A stretch of 63,669 nucleotides of DNA, the filler included, from Octopus bimaculoides (Eukaryota), in the NCBI RefSeq assembly GCF_001194135.2. It is 4 parts of 4 records of this genome, joined end to end, with 100 filler letters (N's around TTAATTAATTAA, not from the genome) between each part and the next. Parts side by side here need not be neighbours in the genome. Positions count along the whole stretch, not along the records: positions 1 to 16,714 come from NC_068981.1; positions 16,815 to 42,693 come from NC_068988.1; 2 more parts are not named here. One strand, written 5' to 3'. The position numbers and the translations under genes are program-made. The notes under the pieces were generated by a model. That model had not been told where the DNA came from and ran no database searches. It was given only the letters and a program-made list of their open reading frames with translations. Of the stretch, positions 10,917 through 22,970 are shown in pieces (positions within the stretch are counted from its first letter, which is position 1; every line of letters starts with the position of its first letter).

Positions 10917-13882
10917 ATGATTAAGTTAGGTTGTGTGAATGTGCGTGGAATGGGGTCGAAATGGAAACAGGCTTATTTCCTGGATGACCTCAGGACACAT
11001 GGAGTAGATGTGGCTATTGCAACCGAGTCCAAGATGAGCAGACCTCAAGCGTTCTCACCTCTTCTAAATGGTTATGAGAAATTTATTTTTCCTAGCCGAG
11101 GAAGAGGAGGGGGCGTGACAGTCTTTATCAGGAAGAGCTTGGACTTACAGGTAAGTACTGTCTTTGTGGACCCAGAAGGTAGGCTGGTTGTCCTAGATGT
11201 GACACATGTAAATAAGCAGTACTTCAGGTTGGTAGCTGTCTATGCTCCTAACGAGCGTGGCCAGTTGGATTTGTTTTTGAGACCTGAAGTACTTTCTAGT
11301 GACGTCTAAAGCAGTAGATTCGTTAGGAGACTTTAACACTATCCTTGATGCACGGGTGGATAGTGTTGGCTCGACTGATAGGAAGGGAAATCCCTGCCTC
11401 AAGGGTCTACTAGAAAGCTTTAATCTAGTAGACCTTTACCAACTGGATGAGCCGAGCATTCCACAGTGGATGTGGAGTAACAACGATGGCTCACGCAGAT
11501 CGTACTTAGATAAGGTATTCGTTAGGAAAAGAGATAAGAATACTTTTAGTTGTCCACAGTTTTGTATTGTGCCTTACATGGATCACAAATTTGTGATGTG
11601 TGAGGTACATTTAAATAAATGTCATAGACAGGGACCCAGGTACTGGAAGATGAACAAGTCTATTTTGACTTGTGAAGCCTTTCGTATCCGGATTAAGGAG
11701 TTAGTACAGAGGGAATTATGTGGCACCATCATTAATAATAGATGGGGGCATGCCCTCAAAAGAGCCATCCGTTCAGAGTCCATTAGATTTAGCAATCAGC
11801 TAAGTTTAGGTAGGACTAGAATAGAGGTCGATTTAGTTAAGAACCTAGATGAGGCTGTGGAATCTGGCTCTGCATCAAGAGTGCTGGTGGCAAGAAAAGT
11901 CTTGTACCATCACCTCAATTCCAAGAACGAAGGTTGCAGAGTTAGAGCTAAGCTATGTGCAGGGAAACGAGAAGGTATTAATGTTGCCAGATGGGCACAT
12001 TGTGTGGAGAGTCAGAGAGGTAAAAATGCCTCTATAAAGTCTTTAACTGACGAGCAGGGACACAAGATCTATGAACAGGAGGAAATGCAGAAAGTCTTTC
12101 ACCTGCTTGTTCAGGGGGAGCGGTCACTTGAGCGAGGGGAGGCCTTAAAGGACTTCCTAGCTGGTGGGCCACAACTCTTGGCACGTGAGGCGGAGTGCTG
12201 TGAAGGACCGATCACTCCTGCGGAGCTAAAAGAGGTGTTGGCCGAGTGCACTGGGGAAAAGTCGCCAGGGCTGGATGGTCTGCCCTATGAGTTTTATCGT
12301 TGTATGCTGGACTTGTTCAGGGATATACTGGCAGGCATCTATACAAACTGGCAACAGAATGAGAGGATTCCTAGTTCTGTGAGCTGGGGAGTGGTGACGT
12401 TGGTCCAGAAAGACCCGAGCAAGGGGGATAGTATTAGCAATTACAGGCCCATAACTCTACTTAATGTAGAGTTAAAGATTTTGGCCAAGGTGTTAGCGAA
12501 AAGGTTTACAGCTATCATGGAGAAACTTGTAGGAAAGGCATGGACATGTGCAATCCCAGGCAGGTCGATCCACCTTATCCCCCACACTTTAGACAGGGTT
12601 GGTAAATTATCTTGCAAAGGTGGGGCAATGGTCCATTTAGACCAAAGTAAAGCATTTGATAGGGTAGACCATTGGTACCTGGCAGCGATCCTCAAAGCAG
12701 CTGGGTTGGGCCCGGGCTTTCATGGGTGGATCTCCACTATGTACAGCGGCATCAAGTCCACAGTCCAGATAAACGGTTACCTGACGGAGCCGTTTTCAAT
12801 CAAGTGCTCAGTTCACCAAGGGTGTCCCTTGTCTCTACTGCTGTATGTGTTGGCTCTTGAGCCATTGCTGCAAAAGTTGGAGAAGTTAGGAGGCAACCCT
12901 AATGAAATTGGATGTGGTAAGTCTGTTTCTACTTATGCAGATGACATCACCTTCATCATGTCTAATGAAGCACAGCTACCTTGTGTAGAAGATGCTATCA
13001 GAGGATACGAGGTGGTGGCAGGGGCCAAAGTTAACAAGGACAAGTCCATCGGCTTGCGCCTTGGCACCTGGAGGAGCAAGTTGATATCGTCCAGTGTCGT
13101 GGGTCACTGGACAGATGGTCCTGTTAAGTTGCTTGAAGTTTGGTTTGGACCGGACTCCCAGACGGAGAAGAATTATAGCAAGGTGGCAGACAAGGTGGAG
13201 GCACTAGTCTGGACTTCGTCCAGAAGGGCTCTGTGCTTGAAAGGAATGGCGGAGGTGGTACAGATGTTTATTGCATCTGTAAACACTTACCGCCTGACCA
13301 TTGTCCCATGCCTCGATTCATGACTAAACAAGTTAGAACAACTCCATTTGCTGCCAGGAACCATTAAAGGATGGATTAGGAATGCCTTGGCTAATGATGC
13401 GCAGACATGCGTTGAGGTTGAGACATCTCTGGCGCCACCTGGAAGGTGATAATGTATGGAGTCTGCTGTTAGAGGGATTCTTCCTGCAACCGGCCTCTAT
13501 GGAGAGATTTAGGCAAAAGGAGTGCCTACAGGCATTCACACTTATGCACAAAACAGGCAAGGCCCACAACAGGAATACCACCTCAGTGTTCTATAGAGAG
13601 CTGGTAGAGTACAAAAATGATGACGTCCTAGGAGTGGCTCTGGGGTTTGATGAGAACCAACTCGCCAACCTGTTTCATAAGACCGTCGGGCCGGGATATT
13701 TGGATAATTACCAAAAATCCCTAGCCTGGAAGTGTGACAGGAATGCTCTACCTGTTCGCAAAAAGTTATCCAGGCATGGAATGTCAGTGCCACTGACATG
13801 CCCAAGATGTGGGCTGGATGACGAAACCGTTCAGCACGCTTTTGTACAATGTCAGGAGCTGTCAAGCTTGATAAGTTCCTAG
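10917..13882 (+). pseudogene. ORF2 (APE endonuclease + reverse transcriptase) of element B, with a few frameshifts or deletions
   Basis: GCVNVRG, ATESK, VYAPN, GDFN, SYLD and DHK (APE). KSPGLDGLPYEFY, NYRPITLLN, LDQSKAFDRV, QGCPLS and YADD at ~12934-12945 (RT). TCPRCGLDDETVQHAFVQC (Zn knuckle). Confidence 0.95.
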
Positions 13883-14829
13883 CCCCCATACTTACCAAGA
13901 AAATCGATTAAAACATCTTCTAATGCACTTCCCCTGTTTGTTCTGCCATTGAAACAACCAGTTGCCCACACAGCCGGCATATACCATTTCGCTAGCAACA
14001 AGGGGAGTACAGGATGACAGTCAGCCAAAACTTTCGCTATGCTGTCTCTCTTCTTTCACCTCTTTGTAGGGTTAATAATCTTAATCTTTAGTTATAGTTT
14101 CTCATTTAAACTACATAATAGGCAGAATTGTCAGATTAAGACAGTAGAGTGTTTTGAGGGAGATTTAGCTGCTATTTCTACCAGGTCTAGCTACCATGTA
14201 GAGGTCTGAGCTTAATTTCATTCACATATTTGCCACGCACACATACACGTACACACATACACGTCCATTTCATATATCTTCTTTCAATTTCTGCTCTTTG
14301 CAAATAAAATTTTTTACGGATACAACTGCTTACAAAAATAGGCATTAATGTATAATTTCTTTCTATCAATGCATTGACTGCAAAAATCTCCAATAGTTGA
14401 ACTATTATTCATGTCACATACTTTTTCATGCTAAAAGAAATACAATCTACGTCAGTGTTTGTGTAATTGCAACTTGTTCTTTGTAGAAACCCTTGTTTTT
14501 AGATATGCCTGAGGTTAACATAAGGTTACATGATTATGGTACACTTTGGATACTCCACAATAGAATTATTTCAGCTGTATTGATTACTTTGAAGCTTTTG
14601 GTCATTTTGTATGTAGGGTATTTTGATTTCGTTAGATTTTTTTTTTATCTCTTTTTTTTTAATTATGAATTCGATAAGTAGGGAATTATTTTTTAAAACA
14701 AACCAGTTGTAAGAAAAACGTAATCACGACAACTTGAGTGAAACTGGGGAAAAAAAGCTAGTATAATATATGCAGCAACTTCTGCGGTCACAAATAAAAG
14801 TGGATACTCCCTCAAATCTACCCAAATTG

Positions 14830-15200
14830 GAGTATCAAAACATAAATATGGAAAACTAATATCCAGAAAAAGAAAAAATATGTCAGTCCTTATTGAAATT
14901 AGTAATCAAACAACACTACTAAACCCTAATGTTTCTTTGAACAAAACAATTCTACCAAGAACTTGGTAAAAATAAAATAGAAATCAATGAAATGCCAGCA
15001 GCAGAAGAAGAATTTTGTGAAGAAGTGTGGGTAACAAAGGAATTACCACAAAAAAGATTAATCAAAACAACAAATACAGCACCTGAACAACTCTGGGCAC
15101 CTATAATAACAAAAGAGGTAACCCAGGTAGTGCAAAAATCAAGTAACTGGAAGGTACCAGGACACCACAAGATACCCAACTTCCCATTTCTGTTTTTGTT
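14830..15200 (+). mobile_element. R4/Dong-type (RLE) non-LTR retrotransposon fragment, pre-RT region
   Basis: QFYQELGKNKIEINEMPAAEEEFCEEVW and WKVPGHHKIPNF (cf. WKAPGxDxIxNFW). Confidence 0.7.
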
Positions 15201-15587
15201 TGTGTTGTTCTGATTTGGTATGTTTTGATCTTCATTGAGCAGTCCTAGCATTTGAGTTTGTTGTGTTTCATTATTTACTTCGTTTTTGTTGCATGTGTTA
15301 TCTCTATCTTCATGTTTTATGTTCTCATTATTTATATTAGTTTCAGGTATTCTAAGGGCACTATTTGTATCTTTGTGATGTATTTTTCCTTTTAAATGCT
15401 CTGTTTCATATCCATTCTGAGGATATATCTCTTTATGTTAGCTAGTTTATTGGAGTTCATCGAAGTAGTCAGATCAGTGTTAGCTAGTTTATTGAGGTTT
15501 CTTTGTTGTATCTAGACTTGATTTAGCTAGTATATTAGGGTTCATCTATCTATACTAGGTAGTTTATTGGAGTACTGTTATTGTTGT

Positions 15588-15624
<37 letters not shown>

Positions 15625-15679
15625 GCCACTACTACTACTGCTACTACTGCTACTGTTGCTCAGTTTGTTGCTGAAGGTG

Positions 15680-16437
15680 TCATTAATGTATCAGCCATTC
15701 ACATTCTGTGAATTAAGGTGGTACTTTCTTTTCAAGTCTCAAAAACTTTGCAGTGACTTCTTGCAATATCAAATAATACTGTTTTCTGGATGTGATCTAT
15801 TTTTTCCAACCAATTTTTAATTTCTTTGCTCACTGTACCTGGGTCACCAACAGTTATTGGCACAATACAAACCTTTTGCATCAACCATAATTTTCTTCTT
15901 TTTTTCTTCAGAGATCCATAACTCATCAGTTGTTCTTTTTGATGACTCTCCTGTTCTCAGGGCAAGCAATGTCTCTGATCAAGCATGGGTCTACCAGTAC
16001 AATATCAAGATTCTGGTGTTCAATTCTATGATTTCATTGGATCATGAAGTCACAAAGTATTTTTGCTCTGCTATTTTCTACCACACCTTTTGGCTTACTT
16101 TTACACCATTTTCTTGCTTTTCCAATCCAAACTTGTTCCATAGTTCCCAGTGAACAATTCTGGTGACATCATCATGCCTTCTCTTGTATCTACTATGGGC
16201 TAATTTGTTGCATTCACTTAAAATATGACACACTGTCTCTCCAGCTTCACTATACATTCTGCATTTGTCAGATTCTGTGGAATGATCAATTCTGTGCTTG
16301 ATGTGGTTTGTTCTGAATGCTTGTTCTTGCATTGCACATATCAAGGTCTCTGTTTCAGGTTGATCATTTTTGTAGCCACATCCATCTTCTATTTGGTCTA
16401 TGTTTCTTGGTATCTCTCTCAAGAACTGATCATGCAT
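15680..16437 (-). mobile_element. R4/Dong-type retrotransposon C-terminal fragment (Zn knuckle, RHD, RLE end)
   Basis: ETETLICAMQEQAFRTNHIK, DKCRMYSEAGETVCHILSEC, KRRHDDVTRIVHW, IVPITVGDPGTV and IQKTVLFDIAR. Confidence 0.85.
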
Positions 16438-16682
16438 ATATATATATAATATATATATAAGTCAGTAAATAGTGGGGTTGTGTTAACCGCACGTGGAGAA
16501 ATAATATATATATTATTGTTTTATATATTATTTTCTTCATTTTGTACTTTTTTGTACTTCTTTGTAAAAAAACATTTTCATTCTCCTTCTTGATAATTTG
16601 CTTCATCGCAATGAAAACCGGTTAGAAAAAATCTTAATTAAATTATGCTCCCAGTTCAGCATTCTGGCTTTTTTACATTTTC

Positions 16683-16714
<32 letters not shown>

Positions 16715-16889
16715 NNNNNNNNNNNNNNNNNNNNNNNNNNNNNNNNNNNNNNNNNNNNTTAATTAATTAANNNNNNNNNNNNNNNNNNNNNNNNNNNNNN
16801 NNNNNNNNNNNNNNTGTCTGTTAATACAGACATAGACTTGCCCAGATACATCAATAAAGTAGCATTGATGTTTTTTTCAACATAATCAT

Positions 16890-17357
16890 CTGAAACAGAA
16901 TTGTCAGAGCGCGATATTCGAGCAGTTTTGCTTAAAAAAAAAACAAAAAAAAAAAACGTAAAGCTGCTGAAACTCCTCGCGATATCAACGAAATGTTTTG
17001 TGAGGTAATGACCTGTGAGTTCTAAGCTCAAAAATGGTTTAAACGATTTCGCAGTGGAGACCTTAGCCTCAAAAATCGTGAGCGTAGTGGACCCCCATCT
17101 CACATCAATGATTGTTAAGTAAAGTCCGTCATTGAGAAAGGTCCATGTAAAACCACTCGAGAACTGGCAAAAGAACTTCGAGTTAACCAGAAAACTGCCT
17201 GCCACCATTTGCATGCCATCGGAAAATGAAGAAAGCTCGACAAATGGGTACCATACGATTTGAATGAAAATCAGAAAATGTGCAGATATGACATTTGCTT
17301 GTGGTTTCTTCTCTGTAACCAGACCGATCAATTTATCGACGGTATTATAACTTGCTA
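16890..17357 (+). mobile_element. Decayed mariner transposase, N-terminal half (different subfamily from 1178-2240)
   Basis: AQKWFKRFRSGDLSLKNRERSGPP, KTTRELAKEL and KLDKWVPYDL. Truncated at IITC, just before the DEKW motif. Confidence 0.9.
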
Positions 17358-17529
17358 GGCATAAGAACTCTTAATACTGTATGAAGATATAAACAGCTAG
17401 GCGCAATATAATACCTGAAACAAAAAATTTAATCGTCATTAAATGACTGATGTTGCAAGCACCAATACTGCTAGAAATAAAAGCTAGAGACAGTTAATGC
17501 TCTAGCAAGAGCCCAATATATATATTCGT

Positions 17530-17674
17530 TGACGAGGTGGGGGGATAACCGTCCCATGGCCGACTCTAAAATCACTTGACTAGGCTAGTTTGGCCTATTT
17601 TGGGTGATGATACCTACGAATTAGTCTAGTCTAATGATTCTAGAGTTGATTACAAGGCGGTTATCTCCCCTGTC

Positions 17675-17675
<1 letters not shown>
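17530..17675. mobile_element. Foldback MITE-like element (~145 bp) between TA runs
   Basis: TGACGAGGTGGGGGGATAACCG pairs with CGGTTATCTCCCCTGTCA. Internally, CTCTAAAATCACTTGACTAGGCTAGTT pairs with AATTAGTCTAGTCTAATGATTCTAGAG. Confidence 0.65.
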
Positions 17676-17750
<75 letters not shown>

Positions 17751-17859
17751 CGCATTTCATAGAGCATTAGGTGTCTTTAAATCTTGTTTCTAGCAATATT
17801 GGTGTTTCGGTACCCCCAATCACATTTGATGAAGATTAAATTTTTACTACCCACGCACA

Positions 17860-18420
17860 CACATGCAAGGTCATCCTCGCACTGTGAGGACTAAGAAGAA
17901 GATCAAAGCTATTGAAGCCATAATTCGAAGGAATCCTCTGATGAGGCAAAACATCATGGCTACAGAGATGAAAATTTCACTCAGAACAATGTCTAGGCTA
18001 ATGTCTAAGGGTACATGCCTATCATTGTCGTACAGGGCCTATTTTAACTCCTTCACTGAAAGTGATCACAGTGACAAACATCTTCTCGGCACGTAGGTGG
18101 TGCTCATAGAAATATCCTTTCCACGGATGAAAATTTTTCAACGTAGAAGAAAGCTACAAGCGTCAAAATGACAAGGTGTATGCCCACGACGCTAAGGAAG
18201 CTCCTGACGTGTTTCATAGTTTGGTGGGGTATGTTTTACGAAGGGGTGACTGTGCTTCATTTATGAGAAAAAGGGGTGAAAACCACGGCCCGTGTGTACA
18301 TCAATGTTGTCCTAGATGGTAAAGTTAAACAAATTCTTGTTCAATGGCAAAGAATATAGCTTTCACAGGACTCAGCTCCAGTGCACAAAGTCAAGGTTAC
18401 TTACAAGTGACTTTCACAGA
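17860..18420 (+). mobile_element. Decayed maT/Bmmar1-like (DD37D) transposase
   Basis: HPRTVRTKKKIKAIEAIIRRNP, (F)TDEK-F-VEESYKRQNDKVYA, VWWG-YEGVT-LHF-EKGVKT and QDSAPVHK, with frameshifts. Confidence 0.8.
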
Positions 18421-18959
18421 ATGCTAAAATCCTATACGTAAAATATGTAGGGTAGCGAGTTTTTTTTTAGACATTTCACTACTAGTGCCCTAGCATGTAT
18501 AAAAACTAAATATACAACATATTCTTAATATAAAATAGTCTACAGTTAAACACAAGAGAAGCGACCTTTAACAGGCAGATTTACAGACTAGAACAAGCAG
18601 TCAAACCAACCAAAACCACATTTAAGAGCATTTCGAATGGAATGAAAAATAAAACTTTTACCTTGTTATTTTTTTAAAGTCATACCTAGGTTTCGATTTT
18701 TATTTAGCAAATAAAATAATTTGCTAGGCGAAAATATCATCAGTGACTGCGCCATAACATTAACATATAACATGCACGTACACACACCCATACATAAGCA
18801 TGTGTGTGTTTATACAGTGAAATGTTATTATAAACGAATATATATTTAGTGAAGTAAATAAATAGGTTGCTAGCAAGCTAGTTAAATGAATAGATACAAA
18901 GCTAGCTACGTTGATAGATAGATGAATAGGTAGACAGACAGACACACAGATAGATAGAT

Positions 18960-19014
<55 letters not shown>

Positions 19015-19033
19015 CAGATAGAGAGATAGATAA

Positions 19034-19260
19034 GTGAGCTGGCAGAAACGTTAGCACACCGGGCGAAATGCTTAGCGGTATTTCGTCTGCCGTTACGTTC
19101 TGAGATCAAATTTCGCCGAGGTCGACTTTGCCTTTCATCCTTTTGGGATCGATAAATTAAGTACAAGTACGCACTGGGGTTGATGTAATCGACTTAATTC
19201 CTTTGTCTGTCCTTGTTTGTCCCCTCTATGTTTAGCCTCTTGTGGGCAATAAAGAAATAA
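19034..19260 (+). mobile_element. tRNA-related SINE with a GTCGACTTTGCCTTTCATCCTTT core (Nin/Deu-like), next to a (GATA)n tract
   Basis: The same core recurs at ~33751-33960 and ~35135-35290. The domain name is from memory. Confidence 0.75.
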
Positions 19261-21475
19261 GATAGGTAGATAGAGAGAGAAATACATGCATACATAAATA
19301 CATAATACATACATGTATACATACCAACCCATCGAGTATGGCTCAACTTGAGATCTTAGGTTGAGAATGAAAACCTTTAATTCATTCACTACAAATAATC
19401 ACGACATCAGAGACTATATAAAAAACACATCACCTTCTTAAATTTTGAGAGCTGACGCTTAAAACGACAAACTTCCTTTCACAAACTAGCTACCAAGTAG
19501 GTGGCTGGTCAAAATATACTCTGAAGTAAAAAGAGAAAGAGAAGACATACGTACATATATACATACATTCATATATACATAGATACATACAGACATACAA
19601 ACCAAGTTTATCATTTAAATATATATGAATATATGAGTAGGTCTAGATATGCAATTATATGCACGCAAAGACATACACTAATAACACATACAAATTTGTG
19701 CATAAACATACATGCATACAAAAATACCCTGTTGTTGATTTTAAAATTCCAATGAAAGAGCCTTGGATCTAGGTTAGAAACCGTTTCTTTTCTCTATTAG
19801 CAAGAAATATTGAAATAAAACTGAATAATGACATACGTACACACACATGCATATATACATGCCTACATACGTGAATACATACATATATACACATGAGCTT
19901 TGTTGCTAGGGTTCTGCAAAATTTATCATTGATTAATTTTGAAAATTATTAATATTTTATTAAGAATATTTTATCTGAGGCAGACCACATAACATTCGTG
20001 TCAAGATATAACATTATGATTTAAGTTAATCCGAGATCTTCCTTTTTACCGGTAATGTAAGTAGTTTTTCTCAAATAGCATTCTGCATAACACTGTCATA
20101 CACACATATGCACACATGCATACACATGCACAGACTCTGTTCCTGTCTCTCTTTCTCTTTTTCTCTCTCTTTTTCATGGCCTCTGTCTCCATCTCTCTTT
20201 CTCTCTCTCCATCTCTGTCTCTCTCTCTCTCCATCTCTCCCTCTCTCTCTTCAGTATACACGCACATGCCGTTTGAATTATGTTCAGACGGATCGCCCAA
20301 AACAACTAATTATGTCGTGACATAATTGTCTTATCAGAAAACTATTATTTTGAACAAATACATTGGAAACGATATTTCGTAATTCGAAATGTAGCATTTT
20401 ACAAAGAATTAAATAGTTATAATAAAAACAAGCCTTAAAGTAATTTTGGGGTATTGATGTTTTTAAGAATTGGTCCAGTAATAAAATAGTTGAGTCTGTA
20501 TTTCGTATTTCAGGTTTATTTTCCATTAGCTCATCTGCAGGAACAATGTTACCTTATGTCTGACAGCGAAATAAAGCATTTAAATTATATATAACCCACG
20601 GGAGCACGTAACATCATATTGCGCTTTAAAATGCAACAATAACTGAAATTAAAAGTAAACAAATGTTTCTACTAAAAGAGTATATATTAAACATGGATAA
20701 TTTTTGGAGGCCGAAATTTCACCAGTATATTTTGTAACTTCCACAAATGCGGCTAAAACATAGCTTCTTGAGTAAGCTAGTGAGTTCACACTGGTTGCAT
20801 TCACGCATTAACCACAAATCTTATCCGTTTATATAAACAATGATGCAATTGATGATGTATTTTGAACTCACAATGTTTGGATTAATGATATTGTGGTCAC
20901 TGTCCTAATATAATTACACAGAAAATTGTCCAATCAGAAATGCTCTTATATTAAACGGAATCCTACGATATTTAATATAATCTATTAGGTGGTATACCTA
21001 TCCATAGCTTTGCTATGACAAATATTGTAATACAAATGTCAGTGGTAGAAATATTCACACAAGACGTGTAAGAGTTTCACTGCAGTTCACGAATTGATTC
21101 ACTATTTTGTAATAACAGCATGTTTCTATATGTATAAAATTTTCATTCATACCACGGAACAGTCTCAAGAAATTACTATTGACATTTAATACAATATTCT
21201 CATTCTGATGCCTGTTAGGGAATCTTTATATACCACAAATGGTACATCGGTAATAGGCTGACAACAACACATTAACTGCTACGTTTGAAATGGGTGCAGT
21301 AGATGATAGGGTACTTAACAACGTATAAAATATACCAAGCACATATAACTGGTTTATTGGCTGTGTATACGTATTAGTTCAGAACATTAAATATTGCTAT
21401 AAAGAGGAAGAAGCAATTTGAAAGTAATACATTAGGAGCAATCCTTATGAAATACACACATATGCAAACCGACAC

Positions 21476-21509
<34 letters not shown>

Positions 21510-21601
21510 NNNNNNNNNNNNNNNNNNNNNNNNNNNNNNNNNNNNNNNNNNNNNNNNNNNNNNNNNNNNNNNNNNNNNNNNNNNTGTATAATATATATAC
21601 G

Positions 21602-21637
<36 letters not shown>

Positions 21638-21949
21638 CATACGTACATATATACGTATGTATATGATATTAATATTTTAATGTGTATGTCAAAAATTTAA
21701 AAAAATTGAGTGACGAGAAAACCTACTAAAAAGTTGTGGACAAATCAACTTCAAATTCCGCACTACTGTCTTAGGGAATACAGTGGGACGTATTGACGAT
21801 GGTGATAAAAAGGTAGAATGGCCAAATCTGGAGCAATAGTGATCATAAGTCTAATTACTCATGTTTTATATTCAGTTTCATAACAACAATAGCAGCATCA
21901 ACAAGATATATTTGTAGGAAAACGGTGACAATTCATATCCACTAGTAAT

Positions 21950-22970
21950 TAGCATCCTCGGCCCTCTAGAGAGACAATGGCCTGGCAACCCTGAGCCGTA
22001 TGAATAGCCATGCCATGGGCTGGTTCAGGAAGCACTTGTTAAGAATATACAGAGAGTTCTGCCTGCTCATAACGGTCACTACCAAACTGGTAACAGTCTT
22101 GAACGTAACCTTACACCTATATACGGGCAAATAATCCGAAGAAACGGTTTATATACACAAGGGCTCAATCCCACTCCCGTTGCAATTAGCAATCTGGCTT
22201 GAGGCATTGGCAAACGGCTGTCTAACCTCTCAGCCAATATGGAGATATTTAATAATGCCGCCCCAGTACAAGGATGCTTCTGCTAGGAGCTGATTTTTTG
22301 AGAAGCTTCTGTATGTGGCCGAACCCCAAAATCCCGTCTGGTATAACCCAGACTCTATTTCACATATAAGTTTCTACCAACGTAGTGCCGTTAATAGAGA
22401 AGCATTTATCCAGAAGCCATAAATATTACAAACTTTTCAACCTCTTAATGCCAAGCTAAGCTACTCTTGCTTATACAACATCCTATTTAACATCGCACGC
22501 GCCAACAGACGTAAAAACGCAGTCAACTCCCCCAACTCCAACCTGTAACTTTCGAAACCTTACCACCAGCCCTCTTGGAAGATTCTGCCTCTCAAGGACT
22601 GTAGTATATAGAGCCACCCTTAAACTATTTGGCAACATTATGATGCACTATACACAGATGTTACAGCCAATGACTTCAAGTGCTGAAATTCGCAGCACTT
22701 GCATACATTTAGATACAGGGACAGAGAGAACGTCTCTTCCCTGAAACACTTTCTTTCGAGACTGCGTGATCTCTGAGACAAAACACCCAACATTAAGTAC
22801 ACTTTTATCGACAGGGTGACACCATATTGTCATGGTGCCCCTAACTGCCTGCTAAACCTCCTCGCGGAACTGCATATCTTCTACCAGCCTCCGATATCCA
22901 TCAACACCAATTATGAGGCATCGTATTGCTGTCACCAGAGGTAAACCCTTCTGGTAAATTTCAAACCACT
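21950..22970 (+). mobile_element. Decayed Penelope-like element (RT C-half + GIY-YIG)
   Basis: L*RDNGLA (cf. LYRDDGLA), LNVTLHLYTGK, GIGKRLSNLSANMEIFNNAAP, LIEKH...KYYKLFN...KLSYSC, TCNFRN...CLSRTVVYRAT and a terminal CCH. Confidence 0.8.

Larger units (their letters stand above)
9280..13885 (+). mobile_element. Tx1-clade (L1 group) LINE, element B: ORF1 + ORF2, 3' end missing
   Basis: Starts after GCTAGCAAGCCA. Disrupted ORF1 with CCHC, then APE endonuclease, RT and a C-terminal Zn knuckle. No poly(A) signal or downstream target copy is seen after ~13885. Confidence 0.9.

Noticed and set aside
16581-16627. HHR-like relic (TGATAA-TTGC/GCAA-TGAAAACCGGTT-AGAA)
   Set aside because: The catalytic core departs from CUGANGA at several positions. 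At best a dead relic.
16759-16770. TTAATTAATTAA embedded between N runs (also 42738-42749 and 62413-62424)
   Set aside because: The same palindromic 12-mer, with stops in all six frames, recurs in the middle of equal-sized N runs. It is most likely an assembly gap spacer, not biology.
19741-19795. HHR-like relic (CCAATGA...AGAAACCG)
   Set aside because: The core and helices are too degenerate to support a call.
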